From positions 806,001 through 870,000 of the forward strand of contig NEEC01000017.1 in assembly GCA_002189035.1 (NCBI GenBank): 64,000 bases of DNA, given 5' to 3'. Below, piece by piece: positions 47,359 through 60,271 of the stretch. Position 1 is the stretch's first letter. Each line of letters begins with the position of its first letter. Origin of the DNA: Utricularia gibba (lineage: Eukaryota; Plantae; Magnoliophyta). Below the pieces are notes generated by a model, which was given only the letters and a program-made list of their open reading frames with translations, was not told the DNA's origin and searched no databases. Made by a program: the position numbers and the translations under genes.

Positions 47359-50300
47359 ATGAGGTTGAAGCGACGAAGGGCACTTGAAGTGGTTTGTGAA
47401 ATTCATATCGTTCTGTTGTTTCGCGCAATCTTTGTCTGGATTACAGCCCCGTATTTTTTAATCTAGTTTAAACCCTAGTTTCTGCACCCTTTTTATTACT
47501 TCACGGATTTGTATGCTCATCATCTAGAAAATCTTCTTAATTGCTTCAGTTTATGTCAACCGGAAGACGATAAATTTTAAATGGACACACATTTGTCTAC
47601 TAGAAACGCCATGTTTTTCCATCTATTGCTACGGATTCAAAGTGCAGTTGAATTTTGAGTTCTACATAAGATGGAGATGATGAATCTTCATTTTCTTTTT
47701 CAGCCTTCAAAAATCAAGTCTTTCATCAACCATGTTACCACTACACCATTCGAGAAGATAGAAGAGCCATTAAGAGGCTTTTCTTGGGAGTTTGATAAGG
47801 TGCAGTAGTCATTTAAGACCTATGCCGATTTTACTTTTCTCTAATCTTCTTTTTCTTTTTTTGACTCAGGGTGATTTCCATCACTGGGTTGATTTGTTCA
47901 ATCACTTTGATACCTTTTTTGAGAAGTTCATTAAGCCAAGGAAGGATTTACAGCTTGAGGACAATTTCTTGGGATCAGATCCTCCCTTTCCGAGGGATGC
48001 TGTATTGCAGATTCTCCGTGTTATACGAGTCATATTGGAAAATTGCACCAATAAGCATTTCTATAGTTCATATGAGGTAGATTGTTTCTGTGTATCTTTT
48101 TTTGGGAATTTTTGGACACAATTCAAGCCTCAACATGATTTCCGTTGAATACACATGCTTCACATTCATATGTGGTAATCTGATTGTTTTATGTTTTTTT
48201 TTCACTTCAAATAATTTTTTGTTTTTGGTGCAGAATCACTTATCATCCCTGCTTGCATCTACTGATGCAAATATTGTGGAGGCATGTCTTCAGACTTTGG
48301 CTGCTTTTTTGAAAAAATCCATCGGAAAATATATTACAATGGATGCTTCCCTCAATTCGAGATTGTTTGCCCTTGCACAAGGCTGGGGTGGAAAAGAAGA
48401 GGGCCTTGGGTTGATATCATGTGCTTTGCCAACCGGGCCTGATCCTATTGGGATTCAGCTGGGTAGCACCCTTCATTTTGAGTTCTATGCGACCAGTGAA
48501 TCATCAGATGAACCCTTGGCCGTTGAACAGCCAACTAGAGGTTTACAAGTTATTCATATGTGTGATGTGCACACAAGAGAAGAAACTGATCTTGAACTTC
48601 TAAATGAGTTGGTCATTGAACATAAAGTTCCTCAGAATTTGAGATTTTCTCTCCTCACAAGATTGCGATTTGCTAAGGCTTTTGGCACCATTGATGCACG
48701 CCAACAGTATACATGTATACGCCTGTGTGCATTCATCGTTCTTGTCCAGGCTTGTAGTGACGCAGATGTCTTGGTTTCTTTCTTCAATGCTGAGCCAGAG
48801 TTCATAAATGAGTTGGTCACCATACTGAGCTATGAAGATGCTGTTCCTGAAAAGATTCGTATTCTAAGTCTTCTTTCTTTGGTTGCTCTTTGCCAAGATA
48901 GGTCGCGCCAGCCAACCGTATTGACTGCTGTGACATCTGGAGGGCATCGTGGTATTATATCTAGCCTGATGCAGAAAGCTATTGGATCTGTTGTGAATAA
49001 TTCATCAAAGTGGTCAGTAGTTTTTGCTGAGGCTTTGCTATCCCTTGTGACTGTTTTGGTGTCATCATCGTCAGGCTGTTCAGCCATGCGAGAAGCAGGT
49101 TTTATACCAACCCTGCTACCCCTTCTGAAAGATACAGATCCTCAGCACCTACATTTGGTGAGTACAGCTGTACATGTTCTGGAAGCCTTTATGGACTACA
49201 GCAACCCAGCTGCTGCACTTTTTCGTGATCTTGGTGGCCTTGATGACACAATAGCCCGTCTAATGATAGAAGTCTCTCATGTTGAAAGCGGATTAAAGAA
49301 TAATCGTACAGACATTGACAATGATAATACAGAAGATGGTTCATCCTTAGGAGTTACGGAAAGTGCTGCTGAACTTGATAGTCTTCACCCTCTTTATTCT
49401 GAGGCACTAGTTTCTTACCATCATCGTTTATTGATGAAAGCTTTGCTACGTGCCATATCCCTTGGGACATATGCTCCTGGGACAACGGCACGTGTGTATG
49501 GTAGTGAAGAAAGTTTATTGCCTCATTGTTTGTGCAAAATATTCAGAAGAGCAAAAGATTTTGGTGGAGGTGTCTTTTCGCTGGCAGCCACAGTGATGAG
49601 TGATTTAATACACAAGGATCCTACCTGCTTTACCGTACTGGAAGCAGCAGGCCTTCCCACTGCATTCCTTGATGCAATAATGGATGGTGTTCTCTGTTCT
49701 GCAGAGGCAATTTCTTGCATACCTCAGTGCCTAGATGCTTTATGTTTGAATAATAGCGGCCTTCAAGCTGTTAGAGACCGCAATGCTTTGAGATGCTTTG
49801 TGAAGGTTTTTACTTCCAAGCAGTACTTAAGAGCCCTTGCTGCTGACACTTCAGGTTCCTTGTCCAGTGGACTGGATGAACTGATGAGGCATGCTTCTTC
49901 TTTGCGTGGACCTGGTGTTGATATGCTGATTGAAATATTGACTACCATAGCGAAAATTGGATCCGGACTTGAATCTGCTTCATCACTGGAGTCACCTAGC
50001 TGTTCTCATCCTGTTCCTATGGAGACTGAAACTGAGGATAGAGATGTGGTCTTAATAAATGATAGAGACTCATCCAGGATTGCGATTGGTGGAGAGCAAT
50101 CAACTGATCAACTCATGGATGCATCATTGACAAATTCAGAATCGTTTTTGCCTGTTTGTATTAGCAACACAGCTCGTCTTCTTGAGACGATTCTCCAAAA
50201 CTCTGATACATGTCGAATTTTTGTTGAGAAGAAAGGGATCGAGTCTGTCTTGCAGTTATTCACGTTGCCTATCATGCCCCATTCAGTTTCTCTTGGACAA

Positions 50301-53300
50301 AGTGTAGCTTTTGCATTTAAGAATTTTTCCCCTCAACATTCTGCTTCTCTTGCTCGTGCATTATGCTTCTTCCTGAGGGATCATTTGAAGTCAACAGAGG
50401 AACTGTTGACGTCAGTGGGTGGATTCCCACTTAAACAGGCTGATTCCGCTGTTAGAGTAAAGATTTTGAGATGTCTCTCTACTTTGGAAGGTGTTTTATC
50501 TCTTTCTAATTCATTGCTGAAAGGAACTACCACGATCGTGTCTGAACTTGGCTCTTCAGATGCAGATGTGTTGAAAGATTTGGGGAAGGTTTACAGGGAG
50601 ATACTGTGGCAAGTTTCTATGTGTTGTGAGTTGAAAGTGGATGAAAGGCAGAATGGCGATGTTGAGAATGACGGTAGTGATGCAGGCCCATCTACTGGGG
50701 CTGGAAGAGAGAGTGATGATGATGCCACAGCACCCTCTATTAGGTACATGAATCCAATATCTACAAGAAATGGTGCACACCCACCATGGGGTATTGAACG
50801 TGATTTTGTATCTGTTATACGTTCTAGTGAAGGCTTTAGACGCAATGGTAGACATAGCTTGGCTCGCCTGCGAAGTGGTAGAGCTGGTAGGCAGTTGGAA
50901 GCTTTTCATGTGGACTCAGAGGCTGGAGTAAATAATTCGGAATTCCTCTCATGGAACAAAGAAGATAACTCCTGAAACGCTGGTCTTGGAAATTGTTAAC
51001 AAGCTGGCTTCCACCATCCGCACTTTCATGACAGCATTAGTGAAAGGCTTTACATCACCCAACCGACGAAGGACTGAAACTGGGTCTTTAAGTTCTGCAT
51101 CAAAAAGTATTGGAGCTGCCTTAGCAAAAGTTTTTCTTGAAGCTCTTGGCTTCCCTGGATATACTGGATTTTCTGCAGTAGATGTTCTTACTGTGAAATG
51201 TCGCTATCTTGGTAAAGTGGTTGATGACATGGTGGGTCTCACATTTGATAGTAGGCGGCGCACTTGTTACACTGCAATGATCAACCATTTCTATGTCAAT
51301 GGGACTTTCAAGGAGCTTCTCACAACGTTTGAAGCAACAAGTCAGTTGCTGTGGACTGTCCCTTGTGCGATGTCCACACCTGATCATGATAAAAGTGGTG
51401 TTCTGAAACAATCCCATGGTTCCTGGCTTCTTGACACATTGCAGATTCATTGTCGAGAGTTGGAATATTTTGTGAACTCGAGTTTAATTCTATCATCAGC
51501 CTCATCTTCTCAAACCCAGCTTCTTGTTCAGCCGGTTGCAGTTGGTCTGTCAATTGGGTTGTTTCCTGTTCCTAGAGAACCCGAAGCATTTGTTCATATG
51601 CTGCAATCTCAAGTTCTGGATGTTGTACTTCCTGTATGGAACCATCCAATGTTTCCAAATTGCAGTCCTAGCTTTATTTCATCAATCATTTCACTGATAA
51701 CTCATGTATACAATGGTGTATTTGATCTGAAACAAAGTCGCAATGGAGTATCTGGATCTGCAAATCAGAGATATGTGCCTCCATCCCCTGATGAATCTAC
51801 TGTTGCAACTATTGTTGAAATGGGTTTCTCTAGGGCGAGGGCTGAAGAGGCTCTAAGAAGAGTTGAAACAAACAGTGTTGAAATGGCAATGGAATGGCTG
51901 TTTAGTCACAATGAAGATCCTGTTCAGGAGGATGATGAATTGGCTCGTGCATTGGCTTTGTCACTCGGAAGTTCATCTGAAAATCTGAAGGTTGACGGTC
52001 CTGATAAGTCTGCTGATATTCAAACAGAAGATGGCTCCCCCAAAGCGCCTCCTGCTGAGAGTATACTTAATGTTGCTATGAAGTTATTTCAGAGCAGTGA
52101 CTCAATTGTTTTTCCGTTGACAGATTTATTCAGGACGTTGTGCAGTCGAAATAATGGGGAGGATCGTACAAAGGTAATTTCTTATCTTGTCAGGCAATTA
52201 CAGCTTTGCCCACTTGACTTCTCCCAGGATAACCCCGCATTGGGAATGATATCACATACTCTAGCGTTGCTTCTCTCAGAGGACGCAAGTACTAGAGAGG
52301 TTGCTGCAGAAAATGGGGCTGTCTTGATTATTGATATTTTGGAGAATTTTACATCTCATTTTGAGCCCACAGATCATGTTGTTGTCCCGAAATATGTTAG
52401 CGCATTACTCCTTATTTTAGATAATTTGGTGCTTTCCAGACCCAAGATACCTGGTGATACTGATGAGGGTAATTTGCCTGGTTCGGAAAACAAAGTTGCA
52501 TCTGAGGATGCTGAGCAAAAATCGATTTTTGAGAAGGCAGACAAGGGTAATACTGTTCTCAGTGATCCTTCTGTTTTTGTAGCAATATTGGGAAAGCCAA
52601 CGGGTTGTTTGACTATGGAGCAGAGTCATAAGGTACTTGCAATTGCATGTGAGCTGATGAAAAGGCGTGTACCCTCTATGACTATGCAGGCTGTCCTTCA
52701 GTTATGTGCTCGTTTGACAAAATCACATGCGTTGGCTGTGCAGTTTCTTGAAAGTGGAGGGTTGGCTGCGCTTTTTAGCCTTCCCAGAAGTTGTTTTTTT
52801 CCTGGTTATGATACCTTCGCTTCTTCTATTGTAAGACATCTTATCGAAGATCCTCAGACACTGCAGACAGCTATGGAATTGGAGATTCGACAATCTCTTA
52901 GTGCCAACAGGCATGGTGGTCGCATATCAGTAAGGACATTTCTGACATCAATGGCTCCTGTTATATCCAGAGATCCAGAAGTTTTCATGAAATCTGTTGC
53001 AGCAGTTTGCCAGGTAGAGTCATCTGGAGGAAGAGCTTTCATCACGTTGTCCAAAGACAAAGAGAAAGACAAAGAGAAGGCAAAATCAACTGGTGAGACT
53101 GGAGTGTCAGTTAATGAAGTACGTATTAGTGAAAATAAGGTTCATGATGGGTCTGTGAAGTCTGCCAAGGGCCATAAAAAGATATCTGCATACCTTACGC
53201 AAGTGATCGATTACCTTTTGGAGATCATATTAGCCTATTCCTCAAATAAAGAGAATGAAATTGACAATTCAAATGCAATGGAAGTTGATGAGCCGAGTAG

Positions 53301-56300
53301 TAAAATAAAAGGTAAATCGAAGGTTGGTGAAACAACAAAAACAGGATCCGAGAGTTCGTCACATAAATCAGAAGCTCTAGCCAGAGTGTCATTTGTTCTG
53401 AAGTTGTTGAGCGATATCATACTCATGTATGTTCAAGTTGTTGGAGTTATTTTGAGACGGGATCTGGAACTGTATCAGCAGCGTGGTTCTAGCCATTTTG
53501 AATGTTTCGGACAGGGAGGCTTAGTTCACCATGTTTTACATCACCTTCTGCCCCTTTCAGCTGACAAATCTACTGGATCTGATGAGTGGAAAGATAAACT
53601 CTCTGAAAAGGCTTCATGGTTTTTGGTTGTGCTTGCTGGTCGATCTAGTGAAGGAAGAAGAAGGGTGGTGAATGAACTAGTCAAAGCTCTGTCCTTATTT
53701 ACAAAAATCGAGGGTAATTCATCTGTTAGTGTCTTATTACCTGATAAAAAAGTGCACGCTTTTGTTGATCTGGTATACTCTATTTTATCAAAGAATTCTG
53801 CTTCCGGAAACTTGCCAGGATCTGGATGCTCTCCTGATATTGCTAAAAGCATGATAGATGGTGGCATATTTCAGTGCCTCTCTAACATTATTCGGGTGAT
53901 CGATTTGGATCACCCTGATGCCCCTAAAGTTGTGAACGTTATAGTGAAATCTATGGAGTGCCTGTCAAGGGCCGCCAATACCAGTGAAGATATTGTCAGA
54001 GCAGATATTTTGAATAAGAAAAAAGTAAATGGCTCAGCTGGAAGGCCTGATGCAGAGCTTGCTGTAACAACAGCTTCTGGAAATTTAATGTCTTCTGAAA
54101 TCAGAAGCTCTGAACACAGAGAACCCAGTGCCACTGCCTCAGATTCCTTGCCTCAAGGTGATCAGCATGCAAATACAAACCAGTCGGTGGAACAAGAGAT
54201 GAGGATTGATGATGACCCATCTCCTGATAATCTTGGGGTGGACTATATGCGTGATGTGATGGAAGAGAGCGGTGATTTTTCTAACACTGAGCAAATTGAG
54301 ATGACCTTTCATGTAGAAAACAGAGTAGATGATGATATGAATGAAGAAGATGATGACATGGGTGATGATGGTGAGGATGATGAAGATGGAGAAGATGAGG
54401 ATGAAGATATTGCTGAAGATGGCACGGGTCTAATGTCCTTGGCTGATACGGATGTGGAGGACCATGATGATGCTGGCATGGGAGATGAATACAACGATGA
54501 TATTTTTGATGAGGATGATGATGATTTTCGTGAAAACCGAGTCATTGAAGTGAGATGGAGGGAAGCCCTTGATGGGCTTGATCATTTGCAGGTTCTAGGC
54601 CAACCGGGGACTGGGGGAGGACTCATTGATGTCTCAGCAGAAGCCTTTGAAGGGGTGAATGTTGATGATTTCTTTGGAATTCGCAGATCTTTTGGTTTTG
54701 AGCGCCGTAGGCAGGCTAGTAGAACATCCCATGAAAGGCCTGTATCTGAAAGTAGTCTTCAGCATCCTCTTCTTTTGCGGCCATCAAACTCTGGTGATTC
54801 GGTTTCTATTTGGTCGTCTGCTGGGAATCCTTCTCGGGACCCAGAGAGCATTTCTGCTGGTAACCTTGACGTTGCTCATTTTTATATGTTTGATGCTGCT
54901 ATTCTTCCTTATGACAGTGCAGCAACTAATCCATTTGGTGATCGATTGCGTATATCTGCACCTCACCAAATAGCTGATTTTTCTGTTGGTTTAGAGTCCT
55001 TGCGTGGATCAGGTCGGAGAGGGCCAGGTGATGGTAGATGGACTGATGATGGCCAACCCCAAGGTGGTGGCCAAGCAGCTGCAATTGCTCAGGCAGTTGA
55101 AGTGCAATTCATTTCACAATTAAGTGATGTGCCATCCAATAATGCTGCTGAGAGAGTTCCCCAGAGCCAAGAGGGGCATCCCACCACGGGGTTTGAAAGC
55201 CAACCTACTGTGGAAATTGATAACGACTCCAGTGCACAGGATGATAATCATGTCAGTAATGCGTATGACACGAATAATGAGAGAGAACAACTGCCAAGGC
55301 CCGTTGAAGTAGGCTCTTTTGTTGATTCTGGAAGATCTATTGAGTCTCTACATGCAGGGGAAGATGTGCGAAGTGACACTGGCAATGATAGTATGGAAAC
55401 TGGGGATGGGAACACAATTTATAGGGAACCGACCTTGTCTGGTTCTATTTCTCAGGATGATATGCCCACAGAAAGGCCTTCACAGGGTCTTCTAGGTTCT
55501 GGGGTGCAGCCATCCCAGCAGGAGGACCCCGGGAGATTCTCAGGTTTAAATACTTGTGTATTTTTCAAGCTTTTGCTGATTTCTGGATCTGAATCGTCAA
55601 TTAATGCTCACCTTGATGCTTCTGTTTCAGGAACTAGAGATGTTGAGATGAACCTCACGGAATCGGAAGGAGATCAGACTGGTCCGGGGTTACCTGTGCC
55701 AGAGCCATCATTGCAAAATAGGGTCCTTGTTCAAGAAGGTGGTCGGGCAAATGATAGCGCTTTTACTACTGAGTCATCTGATGAAAACGGTATAGACCCA
55801 ACATTTTTGGAGGCGCTTCCAGAGGACCTGCGAGCTGAAGTTCTTGCTTCACAGCAAGCCCCATCAGCTCAGGGTCTCTCTTCACAACAAGCTAGGTCTG
55901 CTCCTTATGCCCCACCTATTGCTGAAGACATTGATCCAGAGTTTTTGGCTGCTCTTCCTCCTGATATTCAAGCAGAAGTTCTTGCTCAACAAAGAGCACA
56001 ACGGATTGCGCAGGAATCTGAAGGACAGCCAGTTGACATGGATAATGCTTCAATAATTGCCACTTTTCCTGCTGATCTGCGTGAAGAGGTAGGATCATAT
56101 GCAGTAGACACCTTTAATGGATTTTTGTTGCTCACTGATCTTATGTCTTTTAGGTGCTTTTAACTTCTTCTGAGGCTCTGTTATCTGCATTGCCATCTCC
56201 TTTACTTGCTGAAGCTCAAATGCTGAGAGACAGAGCAATGAGTCATTATCATGCCCGCAGCTTTTTTGGAAGTCGTCAGAGACTTAATGGCCGGGGAAGT

Positions 56301-56984
56301 AGGCTAGGTTTTGACCGACAGACTGCAATGGATAGAGGTGTTGGAGTTACCATTGGTCGAAGGGCGTCTGTTGCTGAGAGCTTGAAGCTCAAAGAGCTTG
56401 AGGGGGAACCCCTTTTGGATGCTAATGGCTTGAAAGCATTAATTCGGCTCTTAAGACTTGCACAGGTACTCAATCTGTATGCTTTATTAGCAGGAAATAC
56501 TGATGTTACAGCACCCTCTAGTTAATAAGAATTCATAATCTGTCTTTTTAGTAAGTAGATCCACTTACTGATTATTTCACAGTTCTATTGTGGTTTATAC
56601 TACTTGAGCCTTTTTCTTCATTTCTTTTCTTTCTTTCTTTCTTTTTTTGTTTTTTTGTTTTGTTTTGGCTATCTGTATGGTGTCTACTCATTCAAAATTC
56701 TCCCGAACCGACCCACCTGTTTTGTAGCCACTTGGGAAAGGTCTACTGCAGCGGCTTTTCTTGAACTTGTGCTCACACTATGATACGAGAGCAACGCTTC
56801 TTAGGCTTCTTCTTGATATGATGAAGCCTGAGACAATGGGAACCACTGGCTCTTTGACTAAAATGAATACTCAGAGGCTTTATGGATGTCAGTCTACTGT
56901 TGTTTATGGAAGGTCTCAGCTGTGTGATGGTATGCGAATTTCCTCTTCCTGAAATGCGTTATTTTTGTTATAAAATCTTTGCTG

Positions 56985-57027
<43 letters not shown>

Positions 57028-60000
57028 CTATAGAAGTGAAATTTTATGAGATGTGTTAACTTCATACAGGTGTTCCACCCTTGGTCCTTCGACGGTCCCT
57101 TGAGATACTCACCTACCTGGCAACGAATCATCATGGTGTTGCAAGTCTCCTGTTCCATTTTGAGGGCCCAGAAACCCCTGAAAGTTCATGTCGTGATGAT
57201 AGCATAGGCAATAACGGGAAGGGCAAGGATCAAATTATGGGTGCACAGCATGAACTTGGCCCTTCAGAAGTTTCACAGAATAGGGATGTTCCTTTTATAT
57301 TACTCCTCAAACTTTTAAGTCAACCCCTTTTTTTAAGGAGTACTGTGCATCTCGAACTGGTATGCATTGATATACCGAAAAGTCATTACCCATCTTTGAA
57401 AATATATGAGCTCATATTTTCGTTTATTTGAAAATGAAGGTGATGGGATTGCTCCAAGTTGTTGTGTATGCAGCAGCATCAAAGGTGGAAAATCAGTCTA
57501 GGGCAGAAGAACCATCTTCTCACCAAGAAACCACATTGGAAAGTGCGGTTGAAGACCATACTAGTAACAATGAATCCCTAACTGAATCGCAGCAACATGT
57601 ACAAGATGAAAATGTAGTGGATGCCAAATCGGATGTTCAAAAAGCTGCAAGTGCAACTTCTGTTTTCTTACGTGTGACGCATTCTGATTTACATAATCTT
57701 TGTGGACTTCTTGGGCATGAAGGGTAATATGTTATCCACAAATGGTCTCCAGCATTACCATTTAGTAGTTTTCCATCATTTTGTTCTGTATTTTACTCTA
57801 CTTATGCCATAAAATGTAGTTTTCACAAACAATGTTTTCTATTTTTTCAGGCTTTCTGACAAAGTCTACACATTGACTGGGGATGTCCTTAGGAAGTTGG
57901 CCTCAGTTGCTGCTGCACATCGGAAGTTTTTCATTTTGGAACTTTCACAGTTAGCCCAGGTTTTGAGTAGCTCAGCTGTTGATGAACTTATTACACTCAG
58001 GGATACAAACATGCTGGGTTTGAGTGCTGGTTCAATGGCAGGGGCTGCTATGCTTCGTGTTCTTCAGATTCTCAGCTCTATTACTTCAGTCAAAAGTGAC
58101 ACTGCCAGAATAAATGATGAAGAACAAGAAGAACAAACTACCATGTCGAGATTACATGTTTCATTGGAGCCATTGTGGAAGGAACTAAGTGAATGCATCA
58201 GTACTATGGAATCACAATTGAGTCCAAGTCCCCTTTCTGCAGCTGTTTCTAACATTCAGGATTTGGTTCATGGCTCCTCTTCGGCATCCCCTGCTCTTCC
58301 ACCTGGAACCCAGAGACTCCTACCGTTCATTGAAGGATTCTTTGTGCTGTGTGAAAAATTGCAGTCAAGTAACTCAGTGGTGCAACAAGATCACTCAGAC
58401 ATCATTGGAAGAGAAGTGAAAGATTCTGTTGGGACTTCAACTATGTCAACTAGCAAGGGCATAGACTCTCATAAAAGATTTGATGGGTCTGTCACATTCT
58501 TAAGGTTTGCTGAAAGGCACCGACGTCTGCTTAATGTCTTTGTGAGGCAAAATCCAGGATTATTGGAAAAATCACTCTCTATGATGCTGAAAGCTCCTCG
58601 GCTTATAGACTTTGATAATAAAAGAGCTTATTTCCGATCTCGGATACGTCAGCAGCATGACCAGCACCTTTCTGGCCCACTTAGAATTAGTGTAAGACGG
58701 GCATATATTTTGGAAGATTCATATAACCAACTTCGCATGCGACCAAGTCAAGACCTGAAGGGCCGATTGAATGTTCATTTTCAAGGTGAAGAGGGTATTG
58801 ATGCTGGTGGTTTGACTAGGGAATGGTATCAAGTACTTTCAAGAGTAATATTTGACAAAGGAGCCTTGCTCTTCACCACTGTTGGAAGCAATGCGACGTT
58901 TCAACCAAATCCAAATTCTGTATATCAGACTGAGCATCTCTCTTATTTTAGATTCGTTGGCCGTGTGGTAATTACAATTTGATCCCTGTTGGCTTCAAGA
59001 TATGTATCCCTTGTGTTTTTTTTTTTCTTTTTTGGCTTCATCATATTGTTGTATTACTCCTTGTAGGTTGCAAAGGCCCTTTTTGATGGACAGCTGCTTG
59101 ATGTCTATTTTACTCGTTCCTTCTACAAGCACATACTTGGTGTGAAGGTGACCTATCATGATATAGAGGCAGTTGATCCCGATTACTACAAGAATCTGAA
59201 ATGGATGTTGGAGGTATATTTTTTTTTAATAAAAATTACATCCGTGATCTTTAAATTCATACAGTAATTTGGGAGTGGTGCTCTCCTCTGCAGAATGATG
59301 TCAGCGATATACCTGATCTGACATTCAGCATGGATGCTGATGAGGAAAAACACATTCTTTACGAGAAAACTGAGGTACTAGGATGCTTCTTTTCTGGACA
59401 TTTGCGAACTTACCCGCATGTGTGCGTTTCCTAACATGGTTCTTTATTCCCCTCTCGTGAAGGTCACGGATTATGAACTCAAACCGGGAGGAAGAAACAT
59501 CAGAGTGACAGAAGAAACGAAACATGAATACGTTGACCTTGTTGCTGATCATATCCTAACAAATGCAATCCGCCCACAAATAACTTCATTCCTTGAAGGG
59601 TTCAATGAATTAGTACCACGGGAGCTGATCTCCATTTTTAATGACAAGGAGCTCGAGTTGTTGATCAGTGGTCTTCCTGAAATTGATCGTAAGTCTGAAC
59701 GCCCTCTGACAGTTTTATAGCCTTTACCAAGGAACTTTTCATTTAACTTGGTGAATTTTCAGTGACGGATTTGAAGGCCAACACCGAGTATACAGGCTAT
59801 ACTTCTGCATCAAATGTCGTTCAGTGGTTCTGGGAGGTCGTTGATGGGTTCAGCAAAGAGGATATGGCCAGACTGCTACAATTTGTAACAGGAACCTCCA
59901 AGGTGCTTCATCTAGAACTTCATCATCCTGTTTCCGTTACAGTCATGTGCATTAGATAGATACCCAGAAACACCTTATCTTCTGGTTCAGGTTCCTCTGG

Positions 60001-60271
60001 AGGGTTTCAAGGCGCTTCAAGGCATATCAGGTCCACAAAAATTCCAGATTCACCGAGCGTATGGTGCTCCTGAGCGACTTCCTTCTGCTCATACATGGTA
60101 AGTTCAATTGCAGAGGTGGTTACGCTCAAATGTTTACTGCTTCGCTATTCTCATACAACCCCCTGCAGCTTCAACCAACTCGACCTCCCCGAATACTCCT
60201 CCAAGGAGCGTCTCCAGGAACGGCTCCTGCTTGCTATCCACGAAGCTAGCGAAGGATTCGGGTTCGGGTAG
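47359..60271 (+). CDS. UPL1: Giant HECT E3 ubiquitin ligase UPL1/UPL2 (HUWE1-like), one frameshift as sequenced
   Basis: [11 protein letters not shown]|PSKIKSFI start, ARM-like DUF908/913 region, UBA ([32 protein letters not shown]), UIM ([13 protein letters not shown]), DUF4414 repeats ([18 protein letters not shown]), HECT with LPSAHT|[10 protein letters not shown]; ends GFGFG*. Confidence 0.95.
56988..57025. repeat. (AT)n microsatellite in a UPL1 intron
   Basis: Perfect AT dinucleotide run of about 19 units. Confidence 0.95.

Noticed and set aside
21219-50988. Programmed ribosomal frameshifting as the cause of the four frame breaks
   Set aside because: No X XXY YYZ slippery heptamer or evident stimulatory structure at any site; indel error or mutation is simpler.
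38318-54545. Ser-rich antisense ORFs (for example 38318-38608 and 54309-54545)
   Set aside because: They are shadows of the Glu/Asp-rich sense coding regions of DEK and UPL1.
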